From Candidatus Thorarchaeota archaeon (GTDB taxonomy: Archaea; Asgardarchaeota; Thorarchaeia; Thorarchaeales; Thorarchaeaceae), in the NCBI GenBank assembly GCA_046482545.1, contig JAWOEX010000021.1:160001-224000 (forward strand): a stretch of DNA of 64,000 nucleotides, in the 5' to 3' direction. This document shows positions 26,981-37,253 of this stretch, one piece after another. Positions within the stretch are counted from its first letter, which is position 1; each line of letters begins with the position of its first letter. A program made the position numbers and the translations under genes. The notes below the pieces were generated by a model. It had not been told where the DNA came from. It ran no database searches and saw only the letters and a program-made list of their open reading frames with translations.

Positions 26981-29755
26981 TTAAAAGAATTGATCCAACG
27001 TGGTAAAGCCCAGCATTTCCTCGAAATTAAGCCCTACAGAATCCAAGACTTGTTCAAAAACACTCCTGAGCGTGTCGATGTACTTGTCTTGATCCAACCA
27101 GTATGCTGTATCTTTGGCAAGCTGGACCGGCATGACTCCGTTTTCGTCCTTTGTTTTGATGTACTCAATTATTGTTCCAGAAGATACCTCATATCCCGCA
27201 TCACGTAGCATCATAGCAGCCCGCACATGCTGTGGAGTGGTTTTGCCGTACTCATCGATTGGTTTGGTCATCTGCACCCGGAAAGCAAGGTCTTCTGGAG
27301 TATATGGTTCAGCCTTGCCTTCTAGACGATCAATAACATTGTTTACAATTTCTCGGATTTCATCCTTTGCTTCTTCAAAGCCCTCAGGATTGCCAACTTC
27401 ACTGAGAATATCAAGCATATCTCTGAAAGCTTCCTGAACAAAATCGGGAGTGTTCCGTTTTTTGCCTGTGAGACCTTTTACATCTACCCGCCCAGAGTGA
27501 TAAACACCGATGTAGTTCTTCTTGCGATCCGATAGTGCTACATACTTGTATGTCTTTTCCACCTCAAGATCAATACCGAGTTCCTCCTTCGACCAGTCAA
27601 CAAGTTCCTGCTCCTGTTCGGGGTTTGGTGCATCAAGAAATACTGAATCAGTATCCCCATAGAGAACACGTACACCCATGGATTCAGCCTTTTTCTTCGT
27701 GCGAATTATGGCATCGCGACCGTATGCAGTTACACTCTCAGCCGCAGGCATGCAAAAAAGCTCGAAATGTTGCGCCCCAGTTACGCCATATGCGGCATTT
27801 ACAAAGACTTTGAGAGCCTTTTCTACAACAGTATACCAGTTACGCATCTTTTCTGGTGTGTCATCAGTTCTACTCTTGGTTTTGAACCATTTCACACGGG
27901 CATCTCTAAAGAAACCGATAATCTGGCTGATCATTCCGGGCCGCTTTTTACATATCCAGTGGTCGGTCTCGGGCACTCGATTATCATCAGCTTTCCTACA
28001 TTCCTCATGAGGACAATCAACAGTCTCGTAGCTTATATTGTACCGCTTCATAATGGAGGGGTATAGGCTAGCAAAGTCAAGAACAGTGGCATTGAAATGA
28101 ACACCGGCCACAGGTTCAATGACAATAGCACCCTTGAATCGTTTATCTTTGATAACTGCTTCAGTTTGTGCTACATTCGCTTTCATTTCTTCTATTTCGT
28201 CTTGCCGTGGGATAAGACAGTCGCGAGTTCGATGTTCTTGTCGAAACAGAGATTGTATCCATGTGGAGATGTAGTAGCGAGTAAGGTCCTCTATCGACAG
28301 CCGGGAGATACGCATAAGAAGAATAATCAGGCGCATCACAAGATCGTCCTGATATGTAGTGATTCTGAGAGTTATATTCGCGTCTCTCCAGCAATAATGA
28401 GCGAGCTCGTAATAAGAGAGATCAGAAATCTCGTCTGATAACTCAAGTTTGCCAATACCGAGCAACCCTTGGGCTATGGTTTCCAAATTATTCCGATCGT
28501 ATGCTCCCGAAAGTGCATAGGATTGTATTGAGGGGTTCTTCAAGAACCTATAGAGATCTACATGAATCCCTCCGTCCAATAGAGCTATATCTCTTCCGAG
28601 TCTTATTGGACAGTACTTCTGCATATCGATTCTTAGACGCTTAGCTCGATGGTAGAGATAGTTTAGGTCAAATGCATCCCCAACAAAAGTCAGCACGACG
28701 GGATAATTATCAATGATTTCGAAAGCCTCAATGAGCATCTCAACTTCATTCTCAAAGTATACTAGCTCCAAGTCATCGGGGTAATCTTCCCGCTTCTGAC
28801 CCTGCTGAATTCGGTCTCGTCTGAGGACGAAGCATCTTTCTTTACCCTGATTGTCGGACATGCCGATAGCGGTAACAGGATAATTGGCTTGCGAAGCATC
28901 GGGAACCTTATTCAACATTGGAGTATAGACTTCGATATCTACAGCTAGTCTACGAATATCGGGCACTTCAATGAAAAACATTGGTGCGTACTCATCCACT
29001 ATCCTCTTGAGACCCTCTTCTTGAATGGTCTCTTCAAATCCGCTCAATGTGGTTTCATCGAGAGGTGGGGGGCTAGGTACTAAGTCTCCATTCTCAATCT
29101 TGTACACAAGACCAGGAACATACTTGGTGTCATAAGTATACGAGTTGTGGTAACGAATTCTTGCTTCCCATGCGTGATTCTCGTCATTCTGTTTCAAATA
29201 CTCCCGGATTGAATCAGAACGTCCACCAATACTAAGGGGATCTCTTGCCAAGATTTTCGTCATCTGCCGTTCCTTGTCTCTCAACAAATCATGAAGGTCC
29301 TCGACCTTTGTATCTACAAAGCCATGATGATTTACAATTCCTCGGATGCGATGGATTTCTTGGGGGGTATAATCGGTGTAGCAGTAAGGTAGATGACCGG
29401 TATTGTCGAACCAGAAGTAAATCCTTTCAGTTTCCGGGTCGTAAAGCTTCAAGATTGCTTTGGCCGTGTCACCGGCGTAATCGATTGATAGCAGATAAGA
29501 TGGTGGCAAATCATCGGGTGCTTTTCGCTCACCAATATCAAGAGTTGAAACAATACTTCTGTCCTCGTAGTCCTCGCCGTATTCATACTCATTATCTTCA
29601 CTGGCAAGCGCGATAGCTTCTTCATCAAGAGCAGTGACAGGTTCTTCTACTGACTCCTTAGGCCCTTCTTTTTTTCTTTGACGTGATTCCCGGCTCTCGG
29701 ATTTTTCATCTAATTCTGCACAGAAATCATCGAGAGTTGACTGGCTATCATCCAT
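26981..29755 (-). CDS. polB1: Family B DNA polymerase, PolB1 type
   Basis: N-terminal 'LKLYDPETERIYFWFDNTGHLPY', Exo 'AVDIEV', 'FDLNYL', 'LDFASLYPS', 'KVFVNAAYG', 'YGDTDS', 'KKNYIG', 'KGLTGKKRNTP'. Confidence 0.93.
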   Translation of the reverse strand: MDDSQSTLDDFCAELDEKSESRESRQRKKEGPKESVEEPVTALDEEAIALASEDNEYEYGEDYEDRSIVSTLDIGERKAPDDLPPSYLLSIDYAGDTAKAILKLYDPETERIYFWFDNTGHLPYCYTDYTPQEIHRIRGIVNHHGFVDTKVEDLHDLLRDKERQMTKILARDPLSIGGRSDSIREYLKQNDENHAWEARIRYHNSYTYDTKYVPGLVYKIENGDLVPSPPPLDETTLSGFEETIQEEGLKRIVDEYAPMFFIEVPDIRRLAVDIEVYTPMLNKVPDASQANYPVTAIGMSDNQGKERCFVLRRDRIQQGQKREDYPDDLELVYFENEVEMLIEAFEIIDNYPVVLTFVGDAFDLNYLYHRAKRLRIDMQKYCPIRLGRDIALLDGGIHVDLYRFLKNPSIQSYALSGAYDRNNLETIAQGLLGIGKLELSDEISDLSYYELAHYCWRDANITLRITTYQDDLVMRLIILLMRISRLSIEDLTRYYISTWIQSLFRQEHRTRDCLIPRQDEIEEMKANVAQTEAVIKDKRFKGAIVIEPVAGVHFNATVLDFASLYPSIMKRYNISYETVDCPHEECRKADDNRVPETDHWICKKRPGMISQIIGFFRDARVKWFKTKSRTDDTPEKMRNWYTVVEKALKVFVNAAYGVTGAQHFELFCMPAAESVTAYGRDAIIRTKKKAESMGVRVLYGDTDSVFLDAPNPEQEQELVDWSKEELGIDLEVEKTYKYVALSDRKKNYIGVYHSGRVDVKGLTGKKRNTPDFVQEAFRDMLDILSEVGNPEGFEEAKDEIREIVNNVIDRLEGKAEPYTPEDLAFRVQMTKPIDEYGKTTPQHVRAAMMLRDAGYEVSSGTIIEYIKTKDENGVMPVQLAKDTAYWLDQDKYIDTLRSVFEQVLDSVGLNFEEMLGFTTLDQFF

Positions 29756-29890
29756 GGACTTCTCGTCCTCAAATGTCTTGATATCATAGAACTCTAGCAG
29801 ACTGATAAGCACTTCCCAATAGCGAATGATTTGGCCCTTGCGAGTGGTTCATTAGGGATAGTTGATAGTATAGTCACCAGAGTGAAGAGT

Positions 29891-30328
29891 ATGGTTGGTT
29901 CGATTTCTACAAGACTAAACAAAATCATTGTGGCCAGACTGAAAACTGGTGAAGATATACTGGAAAAAATAGAACAGGTGGTTCGAGAGCATAACATCAG
30001 GGGCGGTGCCCTCAAACTCATTGGAGCGGTATCACATGTCAAGTTCGGCTATTTCGATCGTGGAAAAAATGAGTACAACTATTTCGAGATAGGTAATGGC
30101 GACTTGGAAGTGGTCTCTTGCATGGGCAACATCGCTAGACATGATGATGACATCATTATTCATGCCCATATGGTTGCTGCAGATAGTGACGGAAACACCT
30201 ATGGTGGACATGTTGCAGAAGGCTGTAAAGCTGGCGCAACGATTGAAGTTGTCATCTGGGCATTCGAGTCGGAACTACAGCGTACCAAGGATGAGACCAC
30301 GGGCTTACATCTGCTTGATATCCTCTAG
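29891..30328 (+). CDS. PPC/DUF296 domain protein
   Basis: 'ARLKTGEDIL', 'IGAV', 'EVVSCMGNI', 'HAH', 'YGGHV'. Confidence 0.9.
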   Translation: MVGSISTRLNKIIVARLKTGEDILEKIEQVVREHNIRGGALKLIGAVSHVKFGYFDRGKNEYNYFEIGNGDLEVVSCMGNIARHDDDIIIHAHMVAADSDGNTYGGHVAEGCKAGATIEVVIWAFESELQRTKDETTGLHLLDIL

Positions 30329-30750
30329 GCTTCACGAATTGTCTCAGCAATCTCGTTCAGCTGATCCCGTGGTTCAGGCTCATCACGATAGCCATCCGGA
30401 AATTGGAAACCAAACTCGTCACCATGATTACGTGGAATGAGGTGTATATGCAAATGGGTGACCTCTTGTCCGGCTCCTTCGCCGTTCGCGATTATATTCA
30501 GGATGCCATCGGGTTGCATAGCACGATCGATCTTTCGATTCAGGGTGATTAGCTTCTCCGAAAGATAAGACATTACAACAGGATCCACATCTAACGTATT
30601 CTCAAAATGCTTCTTGGGAATAAGCAGGCAATGACCTTTCGCTATTGGATAGATATCCATAAAGGCTAGGCACACATTATCCTCATAGACAACGCTTGTG
30701 GGAATGTCACCATCAACCATCTTGCAGAAGATACAATCTTCAGTAGTCAT
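30325..30750 (-). CDS. HIT family hydrolase
   Basis: 'CIFCK', 'AFMDIYP...GHCLLIPKKH', 'AGQEVTHLHIHLIPR'. Confidence 0.93.
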   Translation of the reverse strand: MTTEDCIFCKMVDGDIPTSVVYEDNVCLAFMDIYPIAKGHCLLIPKKHFENTLDVDPVVMSYLSEKLITLNRKIDRAMQPDGILNIIANGEGAGQEVTHLHIHLIPRNHGDEFGFQFPDGYRDEPEPRDQLNEIAETIREA

Positions 30751-30860
30751 AACTAGTCATCTAATCCAATGAAAATAAAACGTTCGAAAGACAACGCCAC
30801 AAGTCTCATTAGCCAGAGTGACGAGTACACCAGCTAAATACCTGAGCGAGTTGTTGCCCA

Positions 30861-32030
30861 GTGAGTCCAAGAAAGCTTGCCTTCTTCGATAAAACGCAAA
30901 ATGAGCGTGGAAAGCTCGATTCAACTTATTCGGAACTCGGCAAGCTTCTGCGCGAAAACGGCTTCGATGTTCAGCCGTATACTGAATACATGATTTTGCT
31001 TGATGAAATTGAAAAGGCAGATATCATGGTCTTTGGTTGTCCAAATAGTTCCAAATTGCGAAAGGAGGAAATTGGTGTTCTAGAGAAATTCGTGAAAAAT
31101 GGTGGAGGGCTCGTTCTTCTCGCCCTGTCCGGTGGTGACAAGGGACTCATGAACAACCAGTCCGAATTATCTCAAAAATTTGGAATATCATTCCAAAATA
31201 CAGCAGTAAAGGATGATAGGAACAATGCTGGACTCCCCACCATGGTTATCATTGACAATGTAGTAGACCATCCAATCACAGAAGGGGTCAATGATCTCCT
31301 ATATCCATCAGGATGTAGCCTAAAGAATTCAAAAGATGCTGTGCCAATCGCGATGACCTCAGGTACAGGTGACCCCGCTAACGCACCCATAGCAGTAATA
31401 ACAGAATATGACGATGGAAGAGTCCTGTGTATCGGGAGCTACGAAATCTGGAGAAACGGTAGCGGAATCAAGCATCAGGGAAACAAAACATTTGCTGTGA
31501 ATGCATTCAGCTGGCTTGCAGCTCAAGAAAAGCCAAGAAAACCTGCGAGCCAACAAGAACCAGAGGGAAAAATCAGGACAACGGAATCGGAATCAGTTGC
31601 GGAGTATAATAAAGTCGCTAAGGATACTGAAAATGCGCTCAAAAGGCTCATCTCTACCGTATTTGACCTGCAGGATGACATAGAACAGATGAGCGAGAGT
31701 CTTTCAGGCGTCAACGATAACGTTGAGAACCTTCGTGAGGAATTCAAAGCTTTTGCGGAGTCCACACAATCTCAGCTAGGCCTAGTCATACCAACAGAGC
31801 AATTCAGAAGTCACGAAGCAAGTACGAAAGAGGGCTTAGAAGGGGAAATCAAATCGATTGAAAAAGAGATGGACTCTATCAACAAGCTGAAAGAGCATCT
31901 CGAAAGTAGACACATATCTGGAGCAATATCGAAAGATGTCTTCAAAGAGCAGACGGAAAAGCTGACAAAAAGGCTTGAAGGGCTTGAGAAGCGCCTAAGC
32001 GAAAAACAAGACGAGCTCCAATCCGTGTAA
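30861..32030 (+). CDS. Cytosolic GIFT (GldG/IFT52-like) domain + coiled-coil protein
   Basis: 'FFDKTQNE...YSELGKLLRENG', 'EEIGVLEKFVKNGGGLVLL..GG', 'LLYPSGCSL', 'GRVLCIGS...NKTFAVNAFSWL'; no signal peptide; long coiled coil. Confidence 0.7.
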   Translation: MSPRKLAFFDKTQNERGKLDSTYSELGKLLRENGFDVQPYTEYMILLDEIEKADIMVFGCPNSSKLRKEEIGVLEKFVKNGGGLVLLALSGGDKGLMNNQSELSQKFGISFQNTAVKDDRNNAGLPTMVIIDNVVDHPITEGVNDLLYPSGCSLKNSKDAVPIAMTSGTGDPANAPIAVITEYDDGRVLCIGSYEIWRNGSGIKHQGNKTFAVNAFSWLAAQEKPRKPASQQEPEGKIRTTESESVAEYNKVAKDTENALKRLISTVFDLQDDIEQMSESLSGVNDNVENLREEFKAFAESTQSQLGLVIPTEQFRSHEASTKEGLEGEIKSIEKEMDSINKLKEHLESRHISGAISKDVFKEQTEKLTKRLEGLEKRLSEKQDELQSV

Positions 32031-32088
32031 ACACATATGGAATAGAGGTAATCCGTTTCGAGACAAGCTCTGTAGAAAGTAATCCGAG

Positions 32089-33585
32089 TTATCTATGAAG
32101 TCGTTTTATGGAAGCCAGAGGTTCTTGCAAATGCCTATAGAAGTAACGTAAGGGATTACGGAGTGCATAGAGCAAGAAAATCAACAGAAGAAAGCCCAAG
32201 TAGATGTTTCTACTTGGAATCAGTAACAAAGCAGTCATAATCAGTGGACTAATAATGCTCATGAGTCTAGGCTTAGATACAGCAACACTTGGTGAACACA
32301 TGTCGAATGCAGAGAAAATGCAGAGGAAGGGAATTAGAAGTACAAGATAATACTTGTAGATTCCACGTGGGGACCATAAGTGAACCCACATTACAAGCAG
32401 CATGGTCAGAAAGAGCAACCGCTTCCAATACGATGTGAGTTGATTGTCATTTTTCTTCTCAAAGAGCATAAGGGCGAATAGGGGCAACAGTCCTACTAGA
32501 AGGGCGATTGAGTAGTAATTCATAAGATTCACAATCTGTGTGAGTTCTGGAGGTGCACCTACCACAATGAAAAAGACAGCCAGCGTGATTGGTTGATTTC
32601 CTGCTGGTGGTGAAGACAAATCATCAAGGAGAATAGCTCCTGCCCGCTGAAAAACATAATGTAGGTAGTTGCTAGGATTGAACACATAGGGGAAAGACAA
32701 TATTATAGCGTAGAGAAGGACCAGAATTGCTACCTTTGCAAAATCAAGCAGATCCAGTTCATCACCAGCCTCTTCCTCAGATTCATCCGTCTCTTCCCTT
32801 TCGATACTTGACTGGCTGGAGCCATGATTCGGAGCCCTTTTGAGCAAGTAAGCCAGTAGAGGAAGACCAAAGAAGAAAGCTGTCTGTTTGAAGAGTGCAG
32901 CGGTTACCACAGCAAGAGTACCAAGAATCCGATGCTGTTTCATCAGCAAATAAAATCCTAAAAACGAGAAGAAAACAAAAGGAGCAGGATTGAGCCATTC
33001 GAAAGATGTATGGTAGAGTACAAGGGGATTGAGCAAATAGGTGGCAGCAGAAAGAGCGGCCCGATTTCTATTCTGTGCTAGGTAGTTGGTGATACCATAT
33101 ATCGGAAATGCTGTTATGAAGCCAAAGAATGAGATTAAGGCCCCAATTCCATATGGATGAATGGGTAGCATCGCACCGATAACGCAAAGATAGAGAAATA
33201 GCGGTGGGAAGAAATAAGGAACCGCATATTCTGTACCATTTACAACGATAGTTTCAAAGCTCTCAGTATAAGGCATGTGGCCATTGAGGAATTGTTTTGC
33301 CCACGAAACATAGTAGTAGTCGTAGTCAGCCCATCCTTCAAATTCGTAATGAAGTGTATAGCCAAGAATGTCGATGGAACCTGCTCCGTTCCATGCAGCC
33401 CGAAATGGCCTAGTTCCCTGTTCAAAATATGGTATCGCTTGACTGAATATCCAAGTCCATACTATGCCGCTAATCACTAGAACAACAAGAAACAATCTGT
33501 GAGCGGAAATTACGCCCCAAGCAGCATCAAACGACCTCCAAATCCTTGTTTGCCGCATGCCTTTTTGATTAGGGACGGTAGCCAT
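32089..33585 (-). CDS. GT-C fold membrane glycosyltransferase (GT87/PIG-M-like)
   Basis: Multi-TM; 'EGWADYDYYY', 'PY...YFFPP', 'TYLLNPLVLYHT', 'ALFKQ', 'PRGIYKYY'. Confidence 0.6.
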   Translation of the reverse strand: MATVPNQKGMRQTRIWRSFDAAWGVISAHRLFLVVLVISGIVWTWIFSQAIPYFEQGTRPFRAAWNGAGSIDILGYTLHYEFEGWADYDYYYVSWAKQFLNGHMPYTESFETIVVNGTEYAVPYFFPPLFLYLCVIGAMLPIHPYGIGALISFFGFITAFPIYGITNYLAQNRNRAALSAATYLLNPLVLYHTSFEWLNPAPFVFFSFLGFYLLMKQHRILGTLAVVTAALFKQTAFFFGLPLLAYLLKRAPNHGSSQSSIEREETDESEEEAGDELDLLDFAKVAILVLLYAIILSFPYVFNPSNYLHYVFQRAGAILLDDLSSPPAGNQPITLAVFFIVVGAPPELTQIVNLMNYYSIALLVGLLPLFALMLFEKKNDNQLTSYWKRLLFLTMLLVMWVHLWSPRGIYKYYLVLLIPFLCIFSAFDMCSPSVAVSKPRLMSIISPLIMTALLLIPSRNIYLGFLLLIFLLYALRNPLRYFYRHLQEPLASIKRLHR

Positions 33586-33586
33586 T

Positions 33587-35119
33587 TCATTTCCCCCTAT
33601 TCATCGAAATGCGACGACACGTTATCAAAATCGATTGCGGAACGAATCTTCTGATAGTTGACGTGAAACCCCTCCATATTTTCCCAATGGGACCCACCAG
33701 CAAATAGCAGAAAAGTATCAGTAAGACAAAAACGAAATAGATATTGCGAGGAGGAATCAGGATAAGCAAACTTGCAACAAATGGAAACCAAAGCATGGAA
33801 AGGGATACATTCACGTGCTCTCCGCATTGCTGAATCATAGAAGCTGATGAGAAAATAGAGAAGAAAGGAACAAACAGTGTGAAGTAGTACTTGAATACGC
33901 CTCGAGGGCCCATTAAGTGCACCCAGAACATCATCAACATCGTAAGAAAGAGGACTCTTCCAAGATAGTGCTGGACACGACCTTCATCCTTGGGCTCAAT
34001 CAGCATAAGACCCACAAATACCACAACACCAAACCACAGAAGAGCACCGCTTGATACAATCGAATCAAGAAGCATTGCTAGCTCGGGCATATCAGCAACA
34101 ACCGGGAGAACCTGCAAGCGCATTGGCTGTCCATATGATGGGGGTTCTGTAAAAGATTCTAGAGGGAACCCACCAGCCGCCAATAACAAAAAGGCAATCA
34201 TCTGAGGCTGAGCCAAATAGAACGGGAGCAATACGATAGCCGCATAAATGCAGGCCAATAGTGCGTTCTTTGCGAACCCCAAGAAATCAATCCTTTCGAT
34301 GAGATCATCCATGAAAGAATTCTCAGATTCCGCTGCGATTGGTTCTAGTTCTGGGTCTTTATCTGCCGATACAAGTCGCGGTCTGAGTAGAAGGTGAATA
34401 ATCAGGGGGAACCCAAGAAACCAAGCAGTCTGTTTAAACAAGGCTGCGGTAACAAAACAGAAAGTACCCAAGTACTTGTGATTGCGCAGGAGTAGATAAT
34501 ACCCCAGAAAGAAGGAGAATATAAAGGGAGCAGTATTTGTCCAGAGATAAGTCGTATGATACAGAGTGAGTGGATTGAGTAAATACGTTAGAGCTGCAAT
34601 CTCACCCACATGCCTGTTTGATGATAACTCGGTAGCGATTCCGTAAATGGGAAGTACGGCAAGATATCCACAGATGGCGATTAAGAGTCCTATTCCCCAA
34701 TTATCAACAGGAAATAGAATCCCCAGGCCATAGAATAGAGCAGAATATGGAGGGAATATATAGAGGCCGTTGTTGTTCTCAACCCCGTCAATGACAATAT
34801 GACCAAAATCCTCACCGTAGGGTAGAACGCCCCGCAGGATGTTATGACCCCAGTGCACATAGAAGAAACTGTAATCTGTGTAACCTTCCAGCTGATACGG
34901 AATTGTGATACCGAATAATTCGAACTCTCCTGGCGTGACACCCGGACCTAGCCAGACGCCTCGGCCTTTCCATACCGACGAATCCAAGTAATGAGATACT
35001 GCAGTACTGAAAACGCGGACCCAGACAAAGAGGCCTACCAAGAGGACCAAGACAAGAGGGCCATACTTGAAGATTAATTTCTTAGCCCGGATTCTATAGC
35101 TCATGTTCTCTTCATCCAT
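33587..35119 (-). CDS. GT-C fold membrane glycosyltransferase (GT87/PIG-M-like), paralogue of the neighbour
   Basis: 'EGYTDYSFFY', 'YIFPP', 'TYLLNPLTLYHT', 'ALFKQ', 'PRGVFKYY'. Confidence 0.6.
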   Translation of the reverse strand: MDEENMSYRIRAKKLIFKYGPLVLVLLVGLFVWVRVFSTAVSHYLDSSVWKGRGVWLGPGVTPGEFELFGITIPYQLEGYTDYSFFYVHWGHNILRGVLPYGEDFGHIVIDGVENNNGLYIFPPYSALFYGLGILFPVDNWGIGLLIAICGYLAVLPIYGIATELSSNRHVGEIAALTYLLNPLTLYHTTYLWTNTAPFIFSFFLGYYLLLRNHKYLGTFCFVTAALFKQTAWFLGFPLIIHLLLRPRLVSADKDPELEPIAAESENSFMDDLIERIDFLGFAKNALLACIYAAIVLLPFYLAQPQMIAFLLLAAGGFPLESFTEPPSYGQPMRLQVLPVVADMPELAMLLDSIVSSGALLWFGVVVFVGLMLIEPKDEGRVQHYLGRVLFLTMLMMFWVHLMGPRGVFKYYFTLFVPFFSIFSSASMIQQCGEHVNVSLSMLWFPFVASLLILIPPRNIYFVFVLLILFCYLLVGPIGKIWRGFTSTIRRFVPQSILITCRRISMNRGK

Positions 35120-35165
35120 TAACGGCTACATTAACCTTTTTTCCGGAGTAAGAGACCTCTGATAA

Positions 35166-37253
35166 CTACATGTGCAGAGTGGCGGTACTAGTCCTGCCGC
35201 TTTTTCTAACATCGATTGTAGGCACACCTTCCCACTCAGCAACATCCGTATGCGTAATCAGTAGTATCTGCTCGAAGCTCTCATCGTTGACCAGTGTCCT
35301 GACAACTGACGTTCTTCTTTGCTCATCCAAGCCGCCCAGTGGTTCATCTAGTAGAACTGATTTGACACGTGGTGCCACAGCGGGGCTCTCTTTCAATGGT
35401 CGAATACTGCTCATTGTTCTGCTAATGCCGAGTCGAAGGCCGAGGCTTATTGCGGTTCTATCTCCGAAACTGAGTTGGGACGTTTTCTTACGAGCATTGT
35501 CACGATCATCCCAGATGGCTAGAGCGAGACCAGGACCAGACCTACCTCTTGCAGCGGTTGGTTCCAGATCAATACTGGTATACTGGCCTCCAGTAAAAGC
35601 CCGTACATACTGATTCGTAGCGCCCCGAATGATGCCAATAAGTCGCTTTTGGAAAACATAGTCGGCAACGAAACCTTTGACTAATTTTCGTCGCACATAC
35701 TTAGCATGGGTATTCAATTTTTTGAGGCGCTCAATTTCTTCACCGATGTCCTTCATCTCAGATTTCTTGTTCTCAAGCTCGGATATCCGTTTATGCTCCT
35801 CGGAGATATTTTCCTCAATGGTGCCGCATTCTTTCTGTAGTGATGACAAGGTGTTGTTTAGGACGGCAATTTTCCGTTGTAATTCAACTATGCTTTCAGC
35901 ATCATGTTTCTCAAGCAAATTATCAATTTTCGCTACACCAATTTTGGCAACCGCTTGTTCCAGCTTTTCGGACAACTCATCAACTGCATCTGCAGCATCG
36001 TCCACATCCTTCTGCTTTTCCTTTATCCCTGTTACTGCATCAATGGCCTTTGTCACTTGGTCTAGTCGTGAATCAAGTTCGTCAGATTCTGATTTCAACT
36101 TGGACCGCGCCGATTCTAGATTCTCATATTTCGTTTTGCCCTTGGCGATTCTATCACGGTAATCTCTCAGAATACCTTCCTTTTCCCCTTCAGAAAGAGG
36201 TTTGGAACAGGTTGGACATACGCTCTCTCCCTCTTCATCTGTTTCAGCAGAGCCCTCGAGTGTGTTGATTTTCTCCAGCACATCTTTTCGAGTACCCAAG
36301 ATTTCGCCCATTTCGCGGTCGATTGAAGATATCTCATCCTCAATCTCTTCCATTCTTGAGCGGATTCTCTTCGATTCCGTCTTTAATGACTCGTATCGTG
36401 CCTTCACGACTTCTTCTTCAGCACTTACCAGTCCCGCGTTCTCCAAATCCTTGTCTCGTTCTGAGACCGCCCGTTCATAATCGTTTTTCTTTTCTTCCAG
36501 TTTCTTGATTGTATTACGTATCTTCTCCAGTTCACTCGATGAAGGCAGACGGGTTAACAGTTGTTTCGTGCTTGAGATTTCACCTTGTTTCTCTTCAAGG
36601 GATTCCTGAAGACGATCTTCCCGATTCTTGGTTGCTTCTATTTGTTCTTCAATATGAGATGGCTTCACATAGTCAGCTTCGAGGCTTCGGAAGCGCGCTT
36701 CAAGATCTGACTCAAGATAATCTATGTGGTCTGACATTTCGTTGAGGAGACCGATATTGTATATGTTGATTAGCAGGTCTCGGAGTACAGCAGGAGTAGC
36801 GTTTGCAATAAGAGATACCTCACCCTGGCGCACCAATAGCGTATTGAGAGCCTGCTTCAAGTCCAAGTTCAGGATACTCTCAAGCTTGCGATCCACCGAA
36901 CGGCTCTTATCTGCAAGCCTCCTCCAAGTATCCTCTTTGCGAGCAAACAGGGCCACATCAAGTCCTGTTGCCGGGTCATATGAGCGATCAATCTTGTATT
37001 CCGTACCTGCAACCTCGAACACCAGCTTGACTTTGCAGAATGACGAAGTGAAACTTATCAGTTCCTCATTCGTGAGTTCCACAGCCGAAGAGCCCCATAG
37101 ACCCCAGAGAATAGCTTCGAAAAGGCTCGATTTCCCGCTTGAGTTACGACCCCGAATGAGAATAAGACCACCAGGTAGCTCGCCCCCTTGTTCAGGAAGC
37201 TTCAAATCTCTAAATGGTTTGAAATTCTGGAGTTCAATGGAGAGCAGTTTCAT
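35166..37253 (-). CDS. rad50: Rad50 ATPase
   Basis: Walker A 'GRNSSGKSS', Q-loop 'RQGE', Zn hook 'CPTC', signature 'LSFGD', 'LLDEP..GLD', 'ITH'; follows mre11. Confidence 0.9.
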   Translation of the reverse strand: MKLLSIELQNFKPFRDLKLPEQGGELPGGLILIRGRNSSGKSSLFEAILWGLWGSSAVELTNEELISFTSSFCKVKLVFEVAGTEYKIDRSYDPATGLDVALFARKEDTWRRLADKSRSVDRKLESILNLDLKQALNTLLVRQGEVSLIANATPAVLRDLLINIYNIGLLNEMSDHIDYLESDLEARFRSLEADYVKPSHIEEQIEATKNREDRLQESLEEKQGEISSTKQLLTRLPSSSELEKIRNTIKKLEEKKNDYERAVSERDKDLENAGLVSAEEEVVKARYESLKTESKRIRSRMEEIEDEISSIDREMGEILGTRKDVLEKINTLEGSAETDEEGESVCPTCSKPLSEGEKEGILRDYRDRIAKGKTKYENLESARSKLKSESDELDSRLDQVTKAIDAVTGIKEKQKDVDDAADAVDELSEKLEQAVAKIGVAKIDNLLEKHDAESIVELQRKIAVLNNTLSSLQKECGTIEENISEEHKRISELENKKSEMKDIGEEIERLKKLNTHAKYVRRKLVKGFVADYVFQKRLIGIIRGATNQYVRAFTGGQYTSIDLEPTAARGRSGPGLALAIWDDRDNARKKTSQLSFGDRTAISLGLRLGISRTMSSIRPLKESPAVAPRVKSVLLDEPLGGLDEQRRTSVVRTLVNDESFEQILLITHTDVAEWEGVPTIDVRKSGRTSTATLHM

